Origin: Planctomycetota bacterium
Lineage (GTDB): Bacteria > Planctomycetota > UBA1135
DNA: 51,273 bases
Reading direction: 5' to 3'
NCBI GenBank assembly: GCA_036396955.1
Contig: DASWJW010000075.1
Coordinates: forward strand, 1-51,273
The notes below the pieces were generated by a model. It was not told where the DNA came from, did no database searches, and saw only the letters and a program-made list of their open reading frames with translations. A program made the position numbers and the translations under genes. This document shows, piece after piece, positions 24,703 to 32,861 of this stretch. Numbering within the stretch: the stretch's first letter is position 1; every line of letters starts with the position of its first letter.

Positions 24703-27605
24703 GACTCCGACTTGCCGGCGCCCTTGACCGCGGTCTTCTTGGTGGGCTTTTTCTTGGCCGTCTTCTTCTTGGCAGTCTTCTTGGCCGCCCGCGGCTCACG
24801 CGGCTCGCGCGGCTTGAACTCGAAGCCGTGCCGGCCATTGGGCTTGAACACCAGGCGCGCGGTGAACGCACGGTCCTTCTTGGAGATGAAATCCTCGATC
24901 CACTCGGTGTGCCCGGCTTCGGGATCGAAGTAGAGGCGCAGGTCCTGCCGCGCGAGCTCACGCTTGCAAACCGTGCGCGGCACGGTCACGCCGCAACCGG
25001 GATGCTTGGCGACGTCGGGCTGCCGGCAGACGAAGTGCGTCGGCGTTTCGACGATGGCGCCGTTGGCGCAGCGCGGGCACTTGAGGAACGGCGAAGCGTC
25101 GACCTGGTAGGACACCAGTTCGGGCGCCACGCTGCTCTCGTCGTCCGAGCCCTTGAAATCGCGCACCGCCTCGAACTCGAGCGTGTGGTCGGCGTTCATG
25201 CGGACCCGCCCCGCGTAGGTGTCCCCGCGCATGCTCACGAAGCCCTCCAACGGGCCCGTGTCGCGCTCGCGCAGGAGCTTCTCGGCCACCGGACGGTTCA
25301 GGTAGCGGCCCCGGAATTCCTTCCAGAGCGTGAAATTGCAGTCGTCGGGCTCGACCGCCGCCACGGTGAGTTCCTTGAGCGAGGCGCCAGCGGCCTGGCG
25401 GGCGGCGGCGTCGAGCATGACCGAGGCATCGGCGACGAGCACGGGACCGCCGAGGGCGACGTGCACCACGGCGGTCGTGCGCTTGGCTTCCGCCGAAGTC
25501 GACACGACTCCGACCTGTGCGCCGACTGCGCGCTCCACGTCGGCGACTATTCCCGCCAGGGCGTCCTTGTCGAGACTCTTGATCTTGACGTCGAAGTGCG
25601 CGCCGCACGCCTCCTTGGAACAGCGGTAGCCCTTGAGGCCTTCGCGCACCGGCGACCCGTCGTGCGGACAGCTGCCGATCGGGTCTTCTTCGACGTAGAG
25701 ATCCTCGTAGGAGAAACTGCGCAGGCGGTCGACCAGGCTGCGGACCGAATCCTCGACCTCCTGCATGTAGTCCGCGCCCTGCAACTGCCCTTCTTCCACC
25801 TGGTAGAGATGGAATTCCATTTCGGCGGTGGCTTGGGCCTTGGCGAGGTGGTCGGCGTGGATGCGCTCGAGGAAGTCGATCAGGATGATTCCCTTGGCCG
25901 ACGGCCGCAGGGTCTTGCCGCTGCGGCTGACGTAGCCCTTGGCGATCAGCGACTCGATCGTGTCGGCGCGCGTGGCCGGCGTGCCGAGACCCTTCTGCTT
26001 GAGCGCGTCGAGGACGTCGTCGTCGTCGATCTCCTCGTGCTGCTCCAGGTCGAGGTCGCTCGCGGTCTCCATGCCCTTGAGCAGGCCGGCTTCCGTGTAG
26101 CGCGCCGCCGGACGGGTCGCGTCTTCTTGAAGCTCCAAGGCGACGATCTTGCCGCTGGCCGCCTCGCCGGGCTCGACGCCGAGCGGCGGCAGGACTTCGG
26201 ACGCCGGCGGCCGCCGGTCGACGAGCTGCCAGCCCGCGACGACCAGGCGCTTGGACTCAGTGTAGAAGACCCGCGCACCGCCGTCGGCCGCCGCATCGGC
26301 GATGCGGGTCTCGCGGACCACGTTCTGCCAGGTGCTCGCGCCCATGAACGCCGCGAGAAAGCGGCGCGTCACCAATTCGAATACCTTGCCGTCGTCGCCG
26401 CCCAGCGGGGTCGAAGGCTCGTTGCCGGTCGGCACGATCGCAAAGTGGTCGCTGACCTTGGCGTCGTCGAAGTTGCGCCGCACGTTCTGCAGGCCCTTCT
26501 CGCGCAAGCCGACGGCGGCCTCGCGCATGGCGTCCGCGCGCTCGGGTTCCGAGAAGTAGCCTCCCAGGCCCTTCCCGGCGAGGACGCCGAGGACCGTGTC
26601 GACGTGGCCGCGATAATCCGCCGGCAGCGCCATCGAATCGGTTCTCGGGTAGGTCAGGACCTTGTGCCCTTCGTACAAGCGCTGCGCGGCCGCGAGGGTG
26701 CGGCGCGCCGACAGGCCGTAGCGGCTGTTGGCCTCCTTCTGCAGGGAAGTGAGGCTGTGCAGCATCGGCGGCTTGCGCTGCGACTCGGTGACCTGCTCGA
26801 CGACCGTGGCGGGCTTGCCCTCGCACGCGGCGAGCAGCGCTTCGGCCGAGTCCTGCTCCCAGATCTTCTCCGCGTCCTTGCCGCTGCGAGACGTGCGGTA
26901 GAGACCGTCGTACTCGTGGCCGCCGGCGAGGAACGTGCCGCGCAAGCGCCAGAACGGCTTGGGTTCGTGCGCGAGCACCCTGAGCTCGCGGTGCACCAGG
27001 AGCGCCAGCGTGGGCGTCTGCACGCGTCCAGCCGACCAGACGCCGCGTTCCTTGCGGCCCTTCAGCCGTTTGGTGATCGCCCGGGTGGCGTTCATGCCGA
27101 TCAGCCAGTCGGCTTCGGCGCGGCTGTAGGCGGCGGCGCCCAGGCCGTCGAACTTGCCGGACGGCTCGAGTTTCTCGAATGCCTGGCGGATCGCCGCCGG
27201 GGTCATCGACTGCAGCCACAGCCGGAACACCGGCTTGTCGACGCCGGTGTAGTCCTGGATCTCGCGAAAGATCAGTTCGCCTTCCCGCGCCGCGTCGCAC
27301 GCGTTCACCAAGGAATCGACGTCGTCGCGACGCGCGAGTTTCTTGAGCAGGTTGAGCTGTTTGGACTGGCCCGAGCGAGCCTTGCGCCGGAATTTCTCCG
27401 GCAGGATCGGCAGCAACTCGAGCGACCAGCGCTTGAGCTCGGGGTCGTAGTCCTCGGGTTCGGCGAGTTCGAGCAGGTGGCCGACGGCCCAGGACACGAG
27501 ATAGTCCGGGCCCTCCCAATAGCCTTCCTGCTTTGCGAACTTGCCGGGCAGGCAACGGGCCAGGTCTTCCGCGACGCTGGGTTTTTCGGCGATGACGAGC
27601 TGCAT
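24699..27605 (-). CDS. topB: DNA topoisomerase III with long C-terminal extension
   Basis: The Toprim start is MQLVIAEKPSVAEDLA, followed by SWAVGHLLEL and CDAAREGELIFREI. The catalytic region reads LYEGHKVLTYPRTDS. Beyond about residue 650 there are Cys clusters (CPHDGSP...C..C; CPRCANG...CRQP...GCG), two TLWKEF/GF-type repeats and a Lys-rich tail, KKTAKKKTAKKKPTKKTAVK. The start is at ATG 27605. Confidence 0.9.
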   Translation of the reverse strand: MQLVIAEKPSVAEDLARCLPGKFAKQEGYWEGPDYLVSWAVGHLLELAEPEDYDPELKRWSLELLPILPEKFRRKARSGQSKQLNLLKKLARRDDVDSLVNACDAAREGELIFREIQDYTGVDKPVFRLWLQSMTPAAIRQAFEKLEPSGKFDGLGAAAYSRAEADWLIGMNATRAITKRLKGRKERGVWSAGRVQTPTLALLVHRELRVLAHEPKPFWRLRGTFLAGGHEYDGLYRTSRSGKDAEKIWEQDSAEALLAACEGKPATVVEQVTESQRKPPMLHSLTSLQKEANSRYGLSARRTLAAAQRLYEGHKVLTYPRTDSMALPADYRGHVDTVLGVLAGKGLGGYFSEPERADAMREAAVGLREKGLQNVRRNFDDAKVSDHFAIVPTGNEPSTPLGGDDGKVFELVTRRFLAAFMGASTWQNVVRETRIADAAADGGARVFYTESKRLVVAGWQLVDRRPPASEVLPPLGVEPGEAASGKIVALELQEDATRPAARYTEAGLLKGMETASDLDLEQHEEIDDDDVLDALKQKGLGTPATRADTIESLIAKGYVSRSGKTLRPSAKGIILIDFLERIHADHLAKAQATAEMEFHLYQVEEGQLQGADYMQEVEDSVRSLVDRLRSFSYEDLYVEEDPIGSCPHDGSPVREGLKGYRCSKEACGAHFDVKIKSLDKDALAGIVADVERAVGAQVGVVSTSAEAKRTTAVVHVALGGPVLVADASVMLDAAARQAAGASLKELTVAAVEPDDCNFTLWKEFRGRYLNRPVAEKLLRERDTGPLEGFVSMRGDTYAGRVRMNADHTLEFEAVRDFKGSDDESSVAPELVSYQVDASPFLKCPRCANGAIVETPTHFVCRQPDVAKHPGCGVTVPRTVCKRELARQDLRLYFDPEAGHTEWIEDFISKKDRAFTARLVFKPNGRHGFEFKPREPREPRAAKKTAKKKTAKKKPTKKTAVKGAGKSES

Positions 27606-27864
27606 GGTGTGGGGCGAGGCCCAGGAACCGCGGAAACCTAGTGGAAGGAGAGCCATGCGGCAAGGGCTGGAGCAAGCTCCCCATCCCATTTAAGGCGATT
27701 TGGCAGCTTCCACGGACGCTTCCACGCTCTCGAGAACCGTTGCAAGCTCATTCTGTGGAAGGACTTGGCGTCTGCGGCCTGGCCTTGAACGGGACTTTCC
27801 AGGCGATTTGCGCCGATTCAAGGCCGGCGGAGGGACGGCCGATGGAAACCATGCGGAACTGGAA

Positions 27865-28359
27865 ATGCTCGTCCCTGCCCGAAACTCCCTGCTGGCACCC
27901 CTCGGCATCGCCGTCGCCTTGACGATGGTCGCGGTCCTCGCCGCCGTGCCGGCCCCGCGGTCGAGCGCGGAACAACACAAGATCGAGCAGCTTCGGGACC
28001 GCCTCGAGTTCCTGCGCAATGCGACCTTCCGCTTCCGGATGGACCATTTCGACGATCACGGCAGCCTGCCGCTCGGACTCTCCGGCCACGATCCCGAGCA
28101 ACAGCTCCTGGGCCGCACCGGCCTGGACGGGGCGCCGTTGACGGTCGCACCCGGCGACCGGCGCGGACTCGGACCCTACCTCGACAAGCTGCCGGTGAAC
28201 CCCTTCAACGGCCTTTCCAGCATCCGCTCGCTCCCGGGCGACCAGAAGACCGCCGACTTCCAAGGCAGCCACGGCTGGGTCTACTTGCCCGCCACCGCGC
28301 GCGTGCACCCGGACTTGCCGGGCTTCGACGCTTTCGGCCGCCCCTTCTCGGACTACTAG
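27865..28359 (+). CDS. membrane-anchored pseudopilin-like (T2SS GspG C-terminal-like) hypothetical protein
   Basis: The start is placed at MLVPARNSLLAPLGIAVALTMVAVLAAV, a single N-terminal hydrophobic helix. It is followed by LEFLRNATFRFRMDHFDDHGSLP...YLDKLPVNPFNG. The canonical GFTLIE prepilin motif is absent, so the function is uncertain. Confidence 0.45.
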   Translation: MLVPARNSLLAPLGIAVALTMVAVLAAVPAPRSSAEQHKIEQLRDRLEFLRNATFRFRMDHFDDHGSLPLGLSGHDPEQQLLGRTGLDGAPLTVAPGDRRGLGPYLDKLPVNPFNGLSSIRSLPGDQKTADFQGSHGWVYLPATARVHPDLPGFDAFGRPFSDY

Positions 28360-29408
28360 CGGCCGCCGCCGTCCGGTTCGTCGGCGCACTTCGCGCGGTT
28401 GAGCAACCGCTGTGCAGCGCCGGACTCGATCGCCTCGCGCGCCAGGCCGGACGCTTGGGCCAGATCGGGCGTGCGCCCCGCCAACCGCAGCAGCAAGGCC
28501 GCGCCGAGCAGCACCGAGCGCAAGGCCGGCCCGTCGACGCCGGTGAGGGCTTGCAGATTCGAGGTTTCGGCGGAAGCCGCCGGATCGCCGTCACCGAGGC
28601 AGGGCTCGGCAGGGCCGTCCAGGAACAGGTCGGAAGGGATCAGCCGCAGCGGGACGGTGCTGCCGTGCTCCAGGATCAGGCCGCGCGTCAGTCCGCAGAC
28701 CGCCGGATCGATCGAACCTTCGACGCCCTGCACCACCAGGCCCCGCTCGTGGCCGAGCGTGCGGATCGCGCCGCCCGCGGTGCCGAGCACCGGACCGTGG
28801 CCGGCCGCGACCACCAGCGAACAGCCGGCCGGCGCCAGCAACTTGGTGACCACGTCGGGCATGCCGCGCAAGCCGATCGACTCTTCGACGTTGAGCAGGC
28901 GCGCCCAGCCCGGGTCGGCGCGCGTCGGCGACCAGCAGGCCAGACCGTCGCGGCTCAGGCGCGCGTCCACCACGTCGGCGGTGGCGGGCATCGGCCCCAC
29001 CATCCGCTCCCACACGTCGCCGAGCGTGAGGCCCGCGCCGCGCGCGTGCGGCGCGGCCTGGATCAGCACCCGTACGCCACAGGCCGCGGCCGCCGCGGCG
29101 GACGCAACGCCCAGCGGCGGTCCGCGGCGCTTGCCGAGCCGGCCGGTCGCAACCACGATCAAGCTGTCCCCGACGGCCGGGAACAGGATTCGCGCCCGAG
29201 CGGCCTCGGCGGCTCCGGTGAGTTCGTCGGCGGTCGCACCCTTGGAGCGCACCAGCGCGAAGAACGCCGCAGCCTGCTCGCTGGTCCCGTCGCCCTCGAG
29301 CAGCGCCGCAAAGACCTCGCGTGCCTCTTCGCGCCCGAGATTGCGCTGCGCGCTCCCGGCGGGCACGTTGCCAATGCGGTCGATCGCAGCTCGAATCAAC
29401 CGGCTCAT
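28356..29408 (-). CDS. glycosyl transferase family 3 / TrpD-like (TrpD2/YbiB-like) protein
   Basis: 350 aa. The N-terminal helical region LGREEAREVFAALLEGDGTSEQAAAFFALVRSKGATADELTGAAEAAR is typical of the TrpD family. I did not see the TrpD catalytic GTGGD motif. The start lies 2 nt after the bcp stop. Confidence 0.65.
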   Translation of the reverse strand: MSRLIRAAIDRIGNVPAGSAQRNLGREEAREVFAALLEGDGTSEQAAAFFALVRSKGATADELTGAAEAARARILFPAVGDSLIVVATGRLGKRRGPPLGVASAAAAAACGVRVLIQAAPHARGAGLTLGDVWERMVGPMPATADVVDARLSRDGLACWSPTRADPGWARLLNVEESIGLRGMPDVVTKLLAPAGCSLVVAAGHGPVLGTAGGAIRTLGHERGLVVQGVEGSIDPAVCGLTRGLILEHGSTVPLRLIPSDLFLDGPAEPCLGDGDPAASAETSNLQALTGVDGPALRSVLLGAALLLRLAGRTPDLAQASGLAREAIESGAAQRLLNRAKCADEPDGGGR

Positions 29409-29410
29409 GG

Positions 29411-29896
29411 TCAGCGTGCCTCCAATTCCTTGTCGAGCGCCGCCAGGACCTTGGCGGCGTGGCCCTTCACGCGCGCGTTGTCGAAGACGCGCGCGACCTT
29501 GCCGCCCGGATCGATGAGCACGGTCGAGCGCACCAGCCCCAGATAACGGTGGCTGTTCTGCTGCTTGTCCCGCCACACGCCGTACTTGGCCGCCACCTTG
29601 CGATCGTGGTCGCAGACCAGCGGGTACGGCAGGCCGAGCTCGCGCGCGAAGTCCTCGTGGGAATCGATCTGGCACGCGCTGGCGCCCACCACGATCGCGC
29701 CGCGGCGCTTGAATTCCGCGTACAGGTCGCGGAAGTCGCAGGCTTCCGCGGTGCAGCCCGGCGTGCCGTCCTTGTTGTAGAAATACAGCACCACCCACCG
29801 GCCCCGCATCTCGGTGAGACGGAAGCGGTCGGTGCGGGTGGCGTCGAGGGTGAACGACGGTGCGCGCAGGCCTACGCGCAGGACGGGATTGGGCAA
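29411..29896 (-). CDS. bcp: thiol peroxidase / peroxiredoxin Bcp
   Basis: VGLRAPSFTL...GRWVVLYFYNKDGTPGCTAEACDFRD is the canonical Bcp/PrxQ active site. It has a TTG start (caa at 29894-29896). Confidence 0.9.
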   Translation of the reverse strand: MPNPVLRVGLRAPSFTLDATRTDRFRLTEMRGRWVVLYFYNKDGTPGCTAEACDFRDLYAEFKRRGAIVVGASACQIDSHEDFARELGLPYPLVCDHDRKVAAKYGVWRDKQQNSHRYLGLVRSTVLIDPGGKVARVFDNARVKGHAAKVLAALDKELEAR

Positions 29897-29940
29897 GGAC
29901 GTCGATCCGGTTGGCGGGCAGGAAAAGGAACGGCCTGAAG

Positions 29941-29966
29941 GGGAAGCCGATTATGCCTCGGCTCCC
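29941..29966 (-). terminator. possible hairpin/attenuator between the amidohydrolase array and bcp
   Basis: On the minus strand, GGGAGCCGA-ggcataa-TCGGCT(T)CCC forms a 9-bp stem with one bulge. A T-rich stretch (TTCCTTTTCC) begins about 12 nt downstream. The geometry is weak. Confidence 0.25.
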
Positions 29967-29988
29967 GATCCCCGCCAGTCCAAGCGCG

Positions 29989-31440
29989 TCAACCGCCGTT
30001 CGTGCCGCTGGAATTCTCCGGCGCGTCGACGTCGCGCGGCTCCGCCACGTCTTTTCCGTCATCCAACGCGGCGTCGGCGCCGCCCGGCGCGGCTGCACGC
30101 AGCGCGTCGAGCGCATCGCCAGACGGCGGCTCCTGCCGCGGACGGATGTGCGCGAAATACGGCGCCGCCTGCTTGTCGTAGGCCACGCGGCCGTTGACGA
30201 CCGCCCACTGCACGAAGGTACGGTAGTCGAAGAGGTCGCCGTCGGTGACGATCAGATCGGCGTCCTTGCCGGCTTCGATCGATCCGATCCGGTCCTCCAC
30301 GCCGAGAATGCGCGCGGCGTCCAGCGTGATCGCCTTGAGAGCGGCGGCTTGCGGCAGGCCGCCGCGGATCGCGAAAGCCGCTTCCATCGGCAGCGTGAGC
30401 AGGTCTCGTCCCGCAATGCCGCCTGTGCTGATCGACGAACTCCGCGGCTGCAGCGTAAAGCGGACGCCGGCATCGTGCAGGATCCGCGCGTTCTCGATCG
30501 ACCAGCCGTTGGGCCGGTTGAAGCGATCGTCGGCCCAGTTCTTCTGCCGCGGCGAGACCACCACCATCACCCCGGCACGGCCGAGCTGCGGGGCGACCGT
30601 CCAGGCTTCGATTCCGCTGCCGACCACCGCCCGCATCGGAAAGCGCTCGAGCAGGTCGACGACCGCCAGCAGGTCGCGCGCATTGCTGCCCTGCAGCTGG
30701 GCGGTCCGGCGGCCTTCGAGCAGTTCGACGAGGTCCTTGTTGACGCCCTTGTCGGAGGGATCCTTGGCATCCTTGTCGCCATCGGCGCGCGCGCGCTCGG
30801 CGGCGTGCCGCTGGCGCAGGAATTCGCGGGCCTTCTCCAGGTCCTCGACCAATTTCCGGCGCGAAGTCGGCGAGGTCGAGCTGTACGAGAGCTCGACGAA
30901 GGGGTTCTCGCGCAAGATGTGGCCTTCGAGCGTGCCGCGGGTCAGCTTGCCGACCACGCCGTTGTTGTGGACGGTGGTCAAGCCTCCCGACAGCGCCAGG
31001 TCGACGGTCAGCGAGAACGGATCGAAGCTGTCGGCCGGCTTCGGCGGCCGGCCGAGCAAGCCGCTGGCGTCGGTGGCGACCAGTCCCGGATAGACGTGCA
31101 TGCCCGTGGCGTCGATCACGCGCGCACCCGCGGGCACGCTCACTTGCGCACCGACGGCTTCGATGCGGCCCGCGCGCACCAGAACGGTGCCCTGGTGGAT
31201 CACGCCGTCGGTGACGGTGTGGATGCGGCCGCCGACGATCGCCAGCAAGTTTTCCACGACTTCCGGCTCGGCGGCTGCTTCCGCGACTTCCTCGATCTCC
31301 TCGGCGGCCTCGACGGCCGGCTCGGGTTGCGGATCCGGCCCGGGCGGCGGCTCTTGGGCCCACCCCGCCACGGCCGCGAACAGCAGGAACACGGCGCCGG
31401 CGAGCAGCCGCCAGAAGGTTTCTCGCGAAACGGGACTCAT
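29989..31440 (-). CDS. exported amidohydrolase-fold paralogue, array member 8 of 8 (HxH strand degenerate)
   Basis: The signal/TM segment is FWRLLAGAVFLLFAAVAGWA. The N-terminal beta-sandwich reads IVGGRIHTV...VRAGRIEAVG...VIDATGMHVYPGLVATDASG, which has no HxH. The C-terminal motif is GSIEAGKDADLIVTDGDLFD. Its ATG overlaps the member-7 stop (ATGA). Confidence 0.78.
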   Translation of the reverse strand: MSPVSRETFWRLLAGAVFLLFAAVAGWAQEPPPGPDPQPEPAVEAAEEIEEVAEAAAEPEVVENLLAIVGGRIHTVTDGVIHQGTVLVRAGRIEAVGAQVSVPAGARVIDATGMHVYPGLVATDASGLLGRPPKPADSFDPFSLTVDLALSGGLTTVHNNGVVGKLTRGTLEGHILRENPFVELSYSSTSPTSRRKLVEDLEKAREFLRQRHAAERARADGDKDAKDPSDKGVNKDLVELLEGRRTAQLQGSNARDLLAVVDLLERFPMRAVVGSGIEAWTVAPQLGRAGVMVVVSPRQKNWADDRFNRPNGWSIENARILHDAGVRFTLQPRSSSISTGGIAGRDLLTLPMEAAFAIRGGLPQAAALKAITLDAARILGVEDRIGSIEAGKDADLIVTDGDLFDYRTFVQWAVVNGRVAYDKQAAPYFAHIRPRQEPPSGDALDALRAAAPGGADAALDDGKDVAEPRDVDAPENSSGTNGG

Positions 31441-32861
31441 CGGCGCTCCTCTTTCTCTTCCTTGGCGCGGTCGTAGAGCACCTTGCCTTCGCGCAGCAGG
31501 AACTGGACCTCGGCAGTGGCATCCAGCGGATCGCCGTCGAGGATCACGAAAGTCGCCGGGCCGCCGGCGACGAGCGCCGCGACGTGCTCTTCCTGGCCGA
31601 TTGCGGCCGCGGCTTCGAGCGTGATCGCGCGCAAGGCGACTCCCCGGTCGAGGCCGCCGCGGACCAATTCGCTCACGCCGGCGCGCCAATCATGGAGATT
31701 CGTCTCGGCCGAACTCCGGCCGAACCCGCCCGGTCCGCGGGTCGCCGGCGGCAGCAGGACCAGCGGTACGCCGCGCGCCGCGAGTTCCGCCGGCAAGTTG
31801 AGGCGCGTGCGGGTGAACGGCAAAAAGGACAAGCGTGCGGGCAAGTAGACGCGCTCGCCGCGCTTCTCCAGCGCGTCGAGAACTTCGTGGAGGTTGGTGC
31901 TCGAGGAGTGCATCGCGACCAGTTCCCAGGGCAGTTCGCGCTCGCCGAGGACGTCGAGCAGGTGCAGCCAGGCGGCCGCGTCGTCCACCCAGATCTGGGC
32001 GACGCGCTGCTTGCGCACCCACTCCACCACCGGCACCAGGTCGGGCTCGATCGTGGGCGGCTCGAAGGTTTCGGGCGGGGCCTTCTCCTCGGCGTCCTTG
32101 CCCTTGCCACTGCTCTTGTCGTCGCCGCCTTCGTCCTTGCCGGGCTTGGGGGTCGCTTCGCCGCCTTCCGCCGGCTTCTTCTCGTCCTTGGCGGCCTTGT
32201 CGGCGGCGGCCTTCTTCTGCTTCTCGTCCCAGTCCTTGCGGGCCTTCTCCCAGTCGGTGCGCGCCTTCGCTTCCTTTTCGATCGCCTTGTCGGCGTCCTC
32301 GAGCGCCTTGCGCAGCAACTCCTTGGAGCGGTTGTTCGAATCGAGCTCCACCTTGAGGTGCAGATCGCGTACCCGAGCCCGCGGTTGCGGCGCCGCGGCG
32401 TCCGCGTCGAGCACCGAAGTCCGGCCGGGCAGGCCGCTGCCCGGCGGATCGACTCCGACGAGCAGCACGCCGTGCTCGCGCAAGGGTTGCAAGGCGTCGT
32501 CGTCGAGCCAGAGCGAGTCGGCGGCGAGGAAACGCGCGTTGCGGCCATTGCCGCGGCTGTCGCTTTGCAACCAATTGGCGTGCGTGAGCACGTAGGGCGG
32601 CATGAGGGTGGAGCCCCCGCCGCGCAGGTCGTGGACGACCGCGCCGGTCGGAACGACCACGGCCTTGCCCAAGGCCTCGATCACGCCCTGGCGCACCACG
32701 AGCGTGGCGCTCTCCATGGCCTCGCCGTCGAGGGTCTCGATGCGGTCGACGCGGTAGACCGTCGCACGCCCGACCGGAGCCGCGTCCGCCTTTGCGGCCG
32801 GCCCGGGATCCTGCGCCGGCGCCAGGACCGCCGGCAAGAGAGCCAGGAACGCGGGGTGCAT
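31437..32861 (-). CDS. exported amidohydrolase-fold paralogue, array member 7 of 8, with K/E/D-rich insert
   Basis: The signal peptide is MHPAFLALLPAVLAPAQ. The strand at the HxH position is LMPPYVLTHANW. A charged insert lies at nt 32052-32330 (KEAKARTDWEKARKDWDEKQKKAAADKAAKDEKK...). The C-terminal motif is AALVAGGPATFVILDGDPLD. Overlap with member 6 is 1 nt (TGATG). Confidence 0.75.
   Translation of the reverse strand: MHPAFLALLPAVLAPAQDPGPAAKADAAPVGRATVYRVDRIETLDGEAMESATLVVRQGVIEALGKAVVVPTGAVVHDLRGGGSTLMPPYVLTHANWLQSDSRGNGRNARFLAADSLWLDDDALQPLREHGVLLVGVDPPGSGLPGRTSVLDADAAAPQPRARVRDLHLKVELDSNNRSKELLRKALEDADKAIEKEAKARTDWEKARKDWDEKQKKAAADKAAKDEKKPAEGGEATPKPGKDEGGDDKSSGKGKDAEEKAPPETFEPPTIEPDLVPVVEWVRKQRVAQIWVDDAAAWLHLLDVLGERELPWELVAMHSSSTNLHEVLDALEKRGERVYLPARLSFLPFTRTRLNLPAELAARGVPLVLLPPATRGPGGFGRSSAETNLHDWRAGVSELVRGGLDRGVALRAITLEAAAAIGQEEHVAALVAGGPATFVILDGDPLDATAEVQFLLREGKVLYDRAKEEKEERR

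Noticed and set aside
24702-24790. Short tandem DNA repeats (cttcttggc / tttttcttggc units).
   Set aside because: They encode the Lys-rich KKTAKKKTAKKKPTKK tail of TopB in frame. They are not a CRISPR array or a non-coding satellite.
27655-27693. A 12-codon mini-ORF (MRQGLEQAPHPI) preceded by GGAAGGAGAG in the topB / pseudopilin-like intergenic region, as a possible leader peptide.
   Set aside because: It is too short to evaluate and has no regulatory codon run or attenuator structure around it. The SD-like sequence may be coincidental.
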